From assembly GCA_029858305.1 (NCBI GenBank), contig JAOUFI010000012.1, positions 1-49,939 on the forward strand: a stretch of 49,939 nucleotides of DNA, in the 5' to 3' direction. This DNA is from Candidatus Thorarchaeota archaeon (GTDB taxonomy: Archaea > Asgardarchaeota > Thorarchaeia > Thorarchaeales > Thorarchaeaceae). The translations under genes were made by a program, and so were the position numbers. Each line of letters opens with the position of its first letter. Position 1 is the first letter of the stretch. The notes beneath the pieces are model-generated. The model did not search any database. It worked only from the letters and a program-made list of their open reading frames with translations, and had not been told where the DNA came from. Positions 1 through 10,252 of the stretch are shown piece by piece.

Positions 1-1
1 C

Positions 2-2565
<2,564 letters not shown>

Positions 2566-2662
2566 TAAGTCACATCAGAGAGACCACTGCGGAAGCATTA
2601 AAACCTAAATCCATTAGACGCAACCTATACGGGTCCCCGACAATTATAATGAGGTCCATACA

Positions 2663-2956
2663 ATGAGCCTGAATCAACCAATAGCAAGTGCTGTAAACAC
2701 AGGAAAATGTAGAATCGGTGTAAACTCCTCAATATCCTCAATCAAGAAGGGTGAAGCTAAACTGGTAGTTGTTGCTGCTAACTGCCCGAAAGAAGAATAT
2801 GAAGATATTGAAAGATATGCCCAACTAGCTCAAATCAAAGTTCAAAGATTTGATGGAACATCATGGGATCTAGGTGAGGTTGTTGGAAAACCATTCATGG
2901 TTTCCGCTATCGCTATAATTGAGCCTGGTGATTCCAAGATTCTGAAGATGGTTTGA
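2663..2956 (+). CDS. rpl30e: 50S ribosomal protein L30e
   Basis: L7Ae/L30e fold (AKLVVVAANCP, LGEVVGKPF, IIEPGDSKIL); conserved position after rpoA2. Confidence 0.96.
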   Translation: MSLNQPIASAVNTGKCRIGVNSSISSIKKGEAKLVVVAANCPKEEYEDIERYAQLAQIKVQRFDGTSWDLGEVVGKPFMVSAIAIIEPGDSKILKMV

Positions 2957-2966
2957 GGCGATTTTT

Positions 2967-3401
2967 TTGACCCGTGTAAAGCTCTCAATGGATGATATGG
3001 GCTTAATCGCTCGCTTTGAACAGATTACAGGAGTTTCTGCAGTCGACATTGTCCGGGATGATGATGGGGAGCGAATCATTGTTGTTGTTCGAGCAAAGCA
3101 GCTGGGAAAAGCAATAGGGAAAGGTGGTATCAACGTTAAAGCAGCATCTGATGCTTTTGGAAGAGCTATCGATGTAGTAGAAATGGCTGATACTGCAGAA
3201 GACTTCGTAAAAAGCGCTCTTGCACCTGCTCGAGTTGAGGCTGTGAAAATCATTGAACATAGAGATGGTACTAAGGTAGCATCCGTCACTGTGAAGAGTG
3301 ATGATCGTGGTATTGCCATTGGCCGTGATGGAAGAAATGTAGCTCGTGCTCGCATCCTGGTAAAGCGACATTTTGATTTGAACAATGTAGTAATTGCTTA
3401 G
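2967..3401 (+). CDS. nusA: Archaeal NusA (two KH domains)
   Basis: GKAIGKGGINV and GIAIGRDGRNV KH GxxG loops; canonical synteny rpl30e-nusA-rps12. Confidence 0.95.
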   Translation: MTRVKLSMDDMGLIARFEQITGVSAVDIVRDDDGERIIVVVRAKQLGKAIGKGGINVKAASDAFGRAIDVVEMADTAEDFVKSALAPARVEAVKIIEHRDGTKVASVTVKSDDRGIAIGRDGRNVARARILVKRHFDLNNVVIA

Positions 3402-3529
3402 AGAGATGCTCTTGACTCATTTTTTCAGATGCATTTGATAAGCCTTTTAAGGAAATATTAGCCCGAACCGGTGACCACCAAGGAGAGTGCACCATACATG
3501 GTGCCTCTGCCATTAAGAGGTTTAATAAT

Positions 3530-3973
3530 TTGACAGGTTCAAAGTCCCCAGTTGGCGAGTTCGCAGCGCGGCCTCTTGTAAGAAAGAGGAAGAAGTTCCG
3601 CTGGAAGAAGTCATCATACAAAAGCAAAGTCTTGAAGCTGAAGAGGAAGACCGATCCACTAGAGGGAGCTCCACAAGCTCGTGGAATTGTCCTTGAGAAG
3701 GTCGGAATCGAGTCAAAACAGCCCAACTCAGCCATTCGTAAAGCAGTGAGAATTCAACTATCAAGAAATGGAAAACAGGTCACAGCATTCATTCCTGGGG
3801 ACGGTGGTCTGAAGTACATTGACGAGCATGACACAGTTGTTGTGGAAGGAATTGGTGGTGCAATGGGTGGAGCAAAAGGTGACCTCCCCGGAGTCAGATG
3901 GAGAGTGACCCAAGTCAACGGTGTTTCACTAGACTCCCTCATCTACGGTAGAAAGGAGAAACCGATACGCTAG
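3530..3973 (+). CDS. rps12: 30S ribosomal protein S12 (uS12)
   Basis: [14 protein letters not shown] and GDLPGVRW motifs; TTG start. Confidence 0.98.
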   Translation: MTGSKSPVGEFAARPLVRKRKKFRWKKSSYKSKVLKLKRKTDPLEGAPQARGIVLEKVGIESKQPNSAIRKAVRIQLSRNGKQVTAFIPGDGGLKYIDEHDTVVVEGIGGAMGGAKGDLPGVRWRVTQVNGVSLDSLIYGRKEKPIR

Positions 3974-3982
3974 GTGGTTATT

Positions 3983-4630
3983 ATGTCAGAAGATTCATCT
4001 GAACCAACAATTGCCGAGAGCCGGCCTCACACACCGCCGAGTCTTCTATTATTTGGCAAGTGGGATACTACGAATGTTCAAGTGAATGATGTTGGCCTTG
4101 TTAGATACATCTCCCTAAAACAAAGCCTCATTCCTCATACCTCGGGTCGGCATGCACACAAGAGATTCCACAAGTCCAATGTACCTATTGTAGAGCGTTT
4201 TGCAAATAAGCTGTTGAATGCTGGAAAACGTAAGGAAAAGAAGACACGAACTGGACGGAACGCAGGGAAGAAATTGAAGGCACTCAATATGCTCCGTAGA
4301 GTCTTTGAAATGATTGACTATAGAACCGGTCTCAATCCTGTTCAAGTCCTTGTCACAGCTATCGAGAACGCAGCCCCTGCTGAAGAAACAACAAGAATAT
4401 CATATGGTGGGATGGCCTACCCACGTTCTGTGGATGTCGCTCCACAACGAAGAATTGATCTCGCTTTGAGATACCTCTGTGTAAGTGCAGTACGTTCATC
4501 ACACAAGAATGCTAAATCCTTTGAAGAGTGTTTAGTAGATGAGTTACTTCTAGCTTACAAGAACGATCCTGGTAGTTTCGCAGTTGCTAGGAAAGAAGAA
4601 CGTGAGCGTGTAGCTCGTTCGGCAAGGTAG
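3983..4630 (+). CDS. rps7: 30S ribosomal protein S7 (uS7)
   Basis: NPVQVLVTAIENAAP, VDVAPQRRIDLALR, KEERERVARSAR; ATG 3983 preferred over GTG 3974. Confidence 0.97.
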   Translation: MSEDSSEPTIAESRPHTPPSLLLFGKWDTTNVQVNDVGLVRYISLKQSLIPHTSGRHAHKRFHKSNVPIVERFANKLLNAGKRKEKKTRTGRNAGKKLKALNMLRRVFEMIDYRTGLNPVQVLVTAIENAAPAEETTRISYGGMAYPRSVDVAPQRRIDLALRYLCVSAVRSSHKNAKSFEECLVDELLLAYKNDPGSFAVARKEERERVARSAR

Positions 4631-4643
4631 TCCCAACAAGTAT

Positions 4644-4668
4644 TTTGCACGGGAAACCCCCGTGCAAA
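4644..4668 (+). terminator. 10-bp stem hairpin after rps7
   Basis: TTTGCACGGG-AAACC-CCCGTGCAAA followed by T-rich sequence. Confidence 0.7.
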
Positions 4669-4731
4669 TTCTATAGTTCGGTTTTGTTTATCAGTTTTGA
4701 TAATTTCCAGACAACATGAGAGGAACAATAT

Positions 4732-5658
4732 ATGGTTAAGGTTTCTCTAGCATATCTAGCAATTATTGTCACTACAATATTATGGGCATCATCCTTAATC
4801 TTCGCAAAGCTAATCTTTGCTGAGGTTGGCCCAATCGTCTTTGTCGCATTACGTTATACCTTAGCAACTCCATTCCTCTTTGTCTTAGCATTTCATCGGA
4901 GAAAAAGACAAACACGTGGATCCTTGCGAGCTAACTGGAAAATTCTACTTGTGACGGGACTCAGCGGTCCGTTCATCTCTCAAGTTCTTCAATACATTGG
5001 TCTTGAAATGACGGTTGCCAGTGATGCACTTCTTTTACTGAATTTGACACCAATCTTTGCAGTTATTCTTGCTGCCCCTCTACTAGATGAGAGAATTACC
5101 CTCGATAAAATTGTTGGTCTTATTCTTGCCACACTTGGAGCTACGCTAGTAGTCATGAATGCTTCTCCCGATTTTACCACCATCACTGTAGAACGAGTAC
5201 TCGGTAACATAATTGTAATAGTTTCTACTCTCTTCTTTGCGATAAATGGTATTGCCGGTAAAGTGGCTGTTAAATCTACAAACACTGTTTCAACCACATT
5301 TTACAGCACACTCTTCTCAGTTCCTTTCATTTGGTTCACTGCAGCATTATTCGATGATGTGACTGTATTACTTACAATGAGCATTGAGGCATGGGCTATT
5401 GTGTCTTGGATTGCTGTTGTAAATACTGTAATTGCATTCATGCTCTACTATGAATCAATGAAGTATATTGAATCGTCTAGAGTCCAAATCATACTCAACC
5501 TAATTGGCGTGTGGGGAGTCATTATGTCAATCCTCGTTCTTAATGAAATAGTAACACTCTTGCAGATATTAGGGGGACTTCTTACAATTATAGGCGTAGT
5601 TATAGCACAGATTACACAGACACGTCACAAATCAGACAAAGTGGAACTTTATCAATAA
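4732..5658 (+). CDS. EamA/DMT-family transporter
   Basis: About 10 hydrophobic helices in two repeats; LWASS, ALRY, YIGL, LLDERI motifs. Confidence 0.92.
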   Translation: MVKVSLAYLAIIVTTILWASSLIFAKLIFAEVGPIVFVALRYTLATPFLFVLAFHRRKRQTRGSLRANWKILLVTGLSGPFISQVLQYIGLEMTVASDALLLLNLTPIFAVILAAPLLDERITLDKIVGLILATLGATLVVMNASPDFTTITVERVLGNIIVIVSTLFFAINGIAGKVAVKSTNTVSTTFYSTLFSVPFIWFTAALFDDVTVLLTMSIEAWAIVSWIAVVNTVIAFMLYYESMKYIESSRVQIILNLIGVWGVIMSILVLNEIVTLLQILGGLLTIIGVVIAQITQTRHKSDKVELYQ

Positions 5659-5980
5659 TAACCTTGAGAGTCTATCGAAGCAAAGAGTAGCACTCTTTGT
5701 GGTATGTGGCGATGCAGGCAATCCTGAGAGATGTAGCGAAGCTCAGTTGCTCTGTATAGACAATATGTTGGAAAAACATCCCGGGATTTTTCCTATTTCC
5801 ACTACACTCATTGGAGGAGTATTTGACTTCAATAAGTATAACTTTGCTGTACGCACGCTCGTGAAGAAGATCGTGAGCGCCTAATTGCCACCAGGCGAAG
5901 AACTTCCTGATAAGATAGACTTTCGCGATTGGAATAAAATCCGGGACTGGATACAGCAATTACTTCGCCAGATTGATTGA
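5648..5980 (+). pseudogene. Remnant of a flavodoxin (HemG/Flavodoxin_5-like) gene: C-terminal half with internal TAA
   Basis: One frame reads FINNNLESLSKQRVALFVVCG...IGGVFDFNKYNFAVRTLVKKIVSA*LPPGEELPDKIDFRDWNKIRDW; stop at 5882-5884; N-terminal FMN-binding loop absent. Confidence 0.7.
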
Positions 5981-5998
5981 TATCTATGAGCCCCACAG

Positions 5999-6502
5999 GT
6001 GGAAGAGGGATTTAAGATGATACGGAGTTACAAGGAAACCGATTGGCAACAGGTTGTCGAGATGATTGCATCCCTGAGAGTCTTTCTGTCTAAGCTAAGG
6101 TCCGAAAAGAGAAAACTAAATCTAGAAGCTGCAGCTGACGAACTACAATCGTATGTTGGGAAAAGCTATCCTGTGTTCGTTGCTGAATCACCAGATGGTC
6201 TTGCAGGTTATCTTGTATGTAAAATCGATGATGATGTAGTATGGGCTGAATCTATTTTTGTTCGACCAGAATATCGCCGGAAGGGAATTGCCTCCTCACT
6301 CTATCTTGAGGCTGAGCGACTGGCTCAGGAACTTGGAGGTGATACGGTCTTCAACTGGGTCCATCCAAACAACAATGTGAGTATATCATTTCTGAAGAAA
6401 CGTGGCTATACTGTTCTAAACCTCATAGAAGTACGTAGACCTTGGAAAGGAGAAAAACCATCTACATCGATTAAGGTTGGAGAGAATGAGTTTGACTACT
6501 GA
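5999..6502 (+). CDS. GNAT-family N-acetyltransferase
   Basis: Motif A IFVRPEYRRKGIASSL and NxxSISFLKKRGY; start may be ATG 6017. Confidence 0.9.
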   Translation: MEEGFKMIRSYKETDWQQVVEMIASLRVFLSKLRSEKRKLNLEAAADELQSYVGKSYPVFVAESPDGLAGYLVCKIDDDVVWAESIFVRPEYRRKGIASSLYLEAERLAQELGGDTVFNWVHPNNNVSISFLKKRGYTVLNLIEVRRPWKGEKPSTSIKVGENEFDY

Positions 6503-6671
6503 ATTGTAGTAACAATACAAAAGCAAGACCACTATTCGCTAGTATAGGTATAAGGCTCTCTATCCCCATGGTTAAGAGAACCTGTCGAAAGCGTTAAAAG
6601 CATCCCGCGAAGGAGCATCAAAAGTCTGTCCCGAATCAGTGGACAGGCCATAAACAACGTGGTGAATAAGA

Positions 6672-7973
6672 TTGAGCAAAAAAGACAAAGAGCACCTCAA
6701 TCTCGTCGTCATAGGGCACGTAGACCACGGTAAAAGCACTATGACGGGCAGATTGCTATACGAGACCGGTGCAGTAGATGAGAGAACATTCCAAGCTCAC
6801 AAGGCTGAGGCCGAGCGACTCGGTCGTCCATCCTGGGCTTGGGCTTTTGCACTTGATAGACTCAAGGAAGAGCGAGAACGAGGCCTTACAATTGATATCG
6901 CCTTCTTCAAGTTCCTTACTGACAAATATTACTACACCATTATCGACGCTCCAGGTCACAAGGACTTCATCAAGAACATGATCACTGGTGCCTCACAGGC
7001 TGATGTTGGTCTTCTTGTTGTGTCTGCAAAGCGAGGAGAGTTCGAGGCTGGGATTGGAACTGGCGGTCAGACCAAGGAACATGCATACCTTGCAATGACT
7101 CTCGGAGTACCAAGTCTTATCGTTTGTGTGAACAAAATGGATGATGAGAGTGTAAAGTACAGCGTGGACAGGTACAAAGAGATTAAGGAAGAGGTCGAAG
7201 GATTTCTAGCCAGCATCGGCTACAAGAAGGGATCTATTCCATTCATTCCAACATCAGCGCTTGACGCTGCTAACCTGAAGATTAGAACCCCCAAACTCAC
7301 ACCATGGTATGATGGGCCATGCCTGCTGGAAGCTCTTGATTTAGTTCAGCTCCCACCAAAGCCTACTGACAAACCCTTACGTGTACCTATCAACGATGTA
7401 TATTCAATCAAGGGTGTTGGTACAGTACCAGTTGGTCGTGTTGAAACTGGTATCATGACAACAGGAATGAAGATTACCTTCATGCCCCCGAACAAGACCG
7501 GTGAGGTCAAGTCCATTGAGATGCACCATGAGATACTGCCCCAAGCAGAGCCTGGCGACAACATCGGCTTCAATGTCCGTGGTGTTGAACGTAAGGATCT
7601 AGGTCGTGGGGACGTTGCTGGCCCTGCTGACAAGCCACCTACGGTTGCTGCCGATTATACCGGTCAGGTAATGGTCATTCAGCATCCAAGTGCTATCACA
7701 GTTGGATACACTCCAGTCATTCATGCACACACTGCTCAAGTAGCGTGCAGATTTGATCAGATTCTGCAGAAGCTGGACCAGCGCAGTGGACAGGTCATCC
7801 AAGAGAATCCAGACTTTGTCAAGAAAGGCGAGTCTATGATTGCCAAGCTGGTGCCTCTAAAACCAATGGTCATTGAATCCTACAAGGAGTTCCCACAACT
7901 CGGCAGGTTTGCTGTCCGTGACATGGGTATGACTGTAGCTGTTGGCATCGTTACCAAGGTCACAGCAAGGTAA
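6672..7973 (+). CDS. tuf: Translation elongation factor EF-1alpha
   Basis: GHVDHGKST, ERERGLTID, DAPGH, NKMD, LGRFAVRDMG. Confidence 0.99.
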   Translation: MSKKDKEHLNLVVIGHVDHGKSTMTGRLLYETGAVDERTFQAHKAEAERLGRPSWAWAFALDRLKEERERGLTIDIAFFKFLTDKYYYTIIDAPGHKDFIKNMITGASQADVGLLVVSAKRGEFEAGIGTGGQTKEHAYLAMTLGVPSLIVCVNKMDDESVKYSVDRYKEIKEEVEGFLASIGYKKGSIPFIPTSALDAANLKIRTPKLTPWYDGPCLLEALDLVQLPPKPTDKPLRVPINDVYSIKGVGTVPVGRVETGIMTTGMKITFMPPNKTGEVKSIEMHHEILPQAEPGDNIGFNVRGVERKDLGRGDVAGPADKPPTVAADYTGQVMVIQHPSAITVGYTPVIHAHTAQVACRFDQILQKLDQRSGQVIQENPDFVKKGESMIAKLVPLKPMVIESYKEFPQLGRFAVRDMGMTVAVGIVTKVTAR

Positions 7974-7990
7974 GTGATTTGAATTGTATA

Positions 7991-8028
7991 GAACCGGGCC
8001 TGCAAGGCCCGTGTTCCCTCTTTCTTTT
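7991..8028 (+). terminator. Hairpin plus U-tract terminator after tuf
   Basis: GAAC-CGGGCC-TGCAA-GGCCCG-TGTTC then CCTCTTTCTTTT. Confidence 0.75.
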
Positions 8029-8103
8029 CGATTTTGTGCATTATGTCAAGATGGAAGATATTAGAAGGTTTGATGCATCAGGGAGTGGTGAAGTGGTTTT
8101 CTC

Positions 8104-8523
8104 ATGATGAATGATGATTCTTACGACCCCTACCAACAAGAATCGTTTCAGAATAGAGGAAGATGGATTGTCTTTGTAGCAGCCCTTATCTTGGGTGTTC
8201 TAGGCATCTATGGTATTATCATCAGCACACCTCTTGATATGATCTTTCTCTATACGTTTCTCTATGTTCCCATAGTAATATTCCTGCTTTATGCGACATT
8301 TAGATGGGCACAGGGTCGGTCAATTGCTCCCACTGATATTTCAGAGGATGATAGAATATTGGCTTCAATGAAGAAACATGCACTTCCAGTTGAGAGTGAT
8401 TCTCTAAGTGGCATGATTGGGTGTGACAACTGTGGAATGGATTTTGACATAAGTAATGCAACACCTGTCGAAAAGGATGTCTATCTTTGCCCATATTGCA
8501 AGACACGGCTTCATATAGAATAG
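8104..8523 (+). CDS. Hypothetical 2-TM membrane protein with C-terminal zinc ribbon
   Basis: Two hydrophobic helices, then CDNC...CPYC. Confidence 0.8.
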   Translation: MMNDDSYDPYQQESFQNRGRWIVFVAALILGVLGIYGIIISTPLDMIFLYTFLYVPIVIFLLYATFRWAQGRSIAPTDISEDDRILASMKKHALPVESDSLSGMIGCDNCGMDFDISNATPVEKDVYLCPYCKTRLHIE

Positions 8524-8610
8524 TCCCAGATGCATTCTCTTGCTCTTGTACCAATATCTAGGTAGTCACGTCTTGTGACTTCATCTTGTGTCCCTCAGAA
8601 GTGGCTTCGC

Positions 8611-8618
8611 TATATATA
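8611..8618 (+). promoter_or_regulatory. Putative TATA box of the small-peptide operon
   Basis: TATATATA starting 40 nt before ATG 8651; inverted repeat AGTCAC-N5-GTGACT at 8564-8580 further upstream. Confidence 0.6.
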
Positions 8619-8650
8619 CTAATTCTGAGCAGTATTTCTTGTGAACTATT

Positions 8651-8752
8651 ATGGCTCTGACAACTAACAACCGAACTGAACGCGTGCACAAGCACAATCG
8701 CAATCCCCTCTCCACCGAGGCTGTAGCATACGCATATCTCTACAGGAGGTAA
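8651..8752 (+). CDS. Small peptide 1 (33 aa) MALTTNNRTERVHKHNRNPLSTEAVAYAYLYRR
   Basis: ATG..TAA; paralogous to the next two ORFs; below the ORF-track size cutoff. Confidence 0.85.
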   Translation: MALTTNNRTERVHKHNRNPLSTEAVAYAYLYRR

Positions 8753-8759
8753 TTCAAGC

Positions 8760-8849
8760 ATGGCGCTCGCTAAGACTATTAAAATCAAGACACCCAAGGC
8801 GCTGGTTTCAACTGATGCTCTAACCTATGCTTACTTGTATCGGAGGTAA
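8760..8849 (+). CDS. Small peptide 2 (29 aa) MALAKTIKIKTPKALVSTDALTYAYLYRR
   Basis: ATG..TAA; SD GGAGGT formed by the preceding Arg-Arg-stop codons; synonymous divergence from paralogues. Confidence 0.87.
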   Translation: MALAKTIKIKTPKALVSTDALTYAYLYRR

Positions 8850-8855
8850 AACATT

Positions 8856-8945
8856 ATGGCTCTTACAAAGAATATCCAGAGAAAAGATTCAAGCAAGCTC
8901 ATCTCGACTGACGCACTAATCTACGCTTATTCCTACAGGCGGTGA
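8856..8945 (+). CDS. Small peptide 3 (29 aa) MALTKNIQRKDSSKLISTDALIYAYSYRR
   Basis: ATG..TGA; SD GGAGGT from the end of peptide 2; same conserved termini. Confidence 0.87.
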   Translation: MALTKNIQRKDSSKLISTDALIYAYSYRR

Positions 8946-8990
8946 GGTAGAAGGCTACCTCTCGTCTTCTAGTTTTGTATACTTCTTTCG
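8944..8990 (+). terminator. Hairpin plus T-rich tract ending the peptide operon
   Basis: GAGGTAG-AAGG-CTACCTC (8944-8961) followed by TCTTCTAGTTTTG..TTCTTT. Confidence 0.65.
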
Positions 8991-9028
8991 TCATATCAAC
9001 CTATCATGGCTAGTTTGCAATGAGAAGA

Positions 9029-9144
<116 letters not shown>

Positions 9145-9330
9145 ATGAGTGATTTTCTCGAAGACTGTGATTCTCTCATAAACATTGTGACAAAGATATT
9201 TTCTCAGATGGTGGAAAGTATAAGGAGTGAAATTTTTCCCTCTGCTATTGCCATATCATCACACTTTTAGTTACGCGCAATGTGCAATTTTGTATATAGA
9301 GTAGAAATAAGGAGTAAAGGAGCTAATAAT

Positions 9331-9876
9331 ATGGTACTACCAGTTGGTCCACTCATGATTGAACATCGGCTGATTGAACGTATGATATCAATCATGGGGA
9401 AAGAGATTAAGCGGATACAGAAGAATAGAGATGTAGACCCCAAATTTATCGATACTGCAGTAAACTTCATTCGAACCTATGCTGATCAGTGCCACCACGG
9501 AAAGGAAGAGAAGATTCTGTTTCGTGACCTGCAGAAAAAGAAACTCAAGCCAGACGATAAACAAATCATGGACGAACTGATTCATGAACACATACTGGGT
9601 AGAACACTCACTGGTCAACTTGTCGAAGCTAAGAGCAAGTTCATAACTGGAGAGAAAACAGCTCTTGCAACTATAATAAACCTCATGCAACAACTCGTGG
9701 ACTTCTATCCAAAGCATATTGAGAAAGAGGATAAGATCTTCTTCAAGTCAGCAATGAAATATTTCACAACTGCAGAGAAAGATGCGATGTTAGACGAAGA
9801 GTACGAGTTTGACAAGAAATTCATTCATGTGATTTACAGAAACGTCGTAGCAGAGGCTGAACAGGCGTTCAGCTAA
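9331..9876 (+). CDS. Hemerythrin HHE cation-binding domain protein
   Basis: EHRLI, CHHGKEE, HEH, HIEKED metal-ligand pattern; ATG 9331 has GGAG upstream. Confidence 0.9.
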   Translation: MVLPVGPLMIEHRLIERMISIMGKEIKRIQKNRDVDPKFIDTAVNFIRTYADQCHHGKEEKILFRDLQKKKLKPDDKQIMDELIHEHILGRTLTGQLVEAKSKFITGEKTALATIINLMQQLVDFYPKHIEKEDKIFFKSAMKYFTTAEKDAMLDEEYEFDKKFIHVIYRNVVAEAEQAFS

Positions 9877-9887
9877 ATCAGAAGAGG

Positions 9888-10203
9888 TGCGACGGCTCCT
9901 TGATTTCGAATGTCGGTAGTCGGAAGGCAAATCAGTGCATTTCTCAATGCGGCAACCTCCTGGGCTCCATCACTCTTCCTTAGGGCTGTTCCCGCCAGGG
10001 CCTGACCCAGTTCGAAAGTTTATGACAATCACAACAAACCTACGAATGCTGCTATGTCCGTGACAGACTCAAGAGACCGCACGTCAACGTCCTGCGACTG
10101 GACCTACCGATGTTCCGGTTCATCCTTAATGTTGGTTACTAGCTCCGGCTATTGCCATTACCGGTGACAGGTCGCGGCAAACGACCCAGCCCTACCCGTC
10201 GCA
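9888..10203 (-). ncRNA. ffs: Archaeal SRP (7S) RNA
   Basis: Terminal helix TGCGACGG/CCGTCGCA; Alu domain with two hairpins, complementary loops TTGCC/GGCAA and a UGU motif; helix 8 GGGTCAGGCCC-TGGC-GGGAACAGCCC; about 316 nt. Confidence 0.93.
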
Positions 10204-10252
10204 ATTGGACGCTTCGAGAGTTACCCTAAAAACATTGCCGATGCTGACAGAA

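Noticed and set aside
8735-8752. C-terminal LYRR as a proteasome-activating HbYX motif
   Set aside because: HbYX needs Tyr at the penultimate position; here it is third from the end and copy 3 has Ser before Tyr. It would need trimming, for which there is no evidence.
8558-8797. 79-aa minus-strand ORF from the track
   Set aside because: Antisense shadow of the peptide operon and its promoter; no recognisable features.
8651-8945. Peptide array as a CRISPR array or DNA-level tandem repeat
   Set aside because: Units differ at third codon positions and share no identical 23-47 bp repeat; conservation is at amino-acid level; no cas genes.
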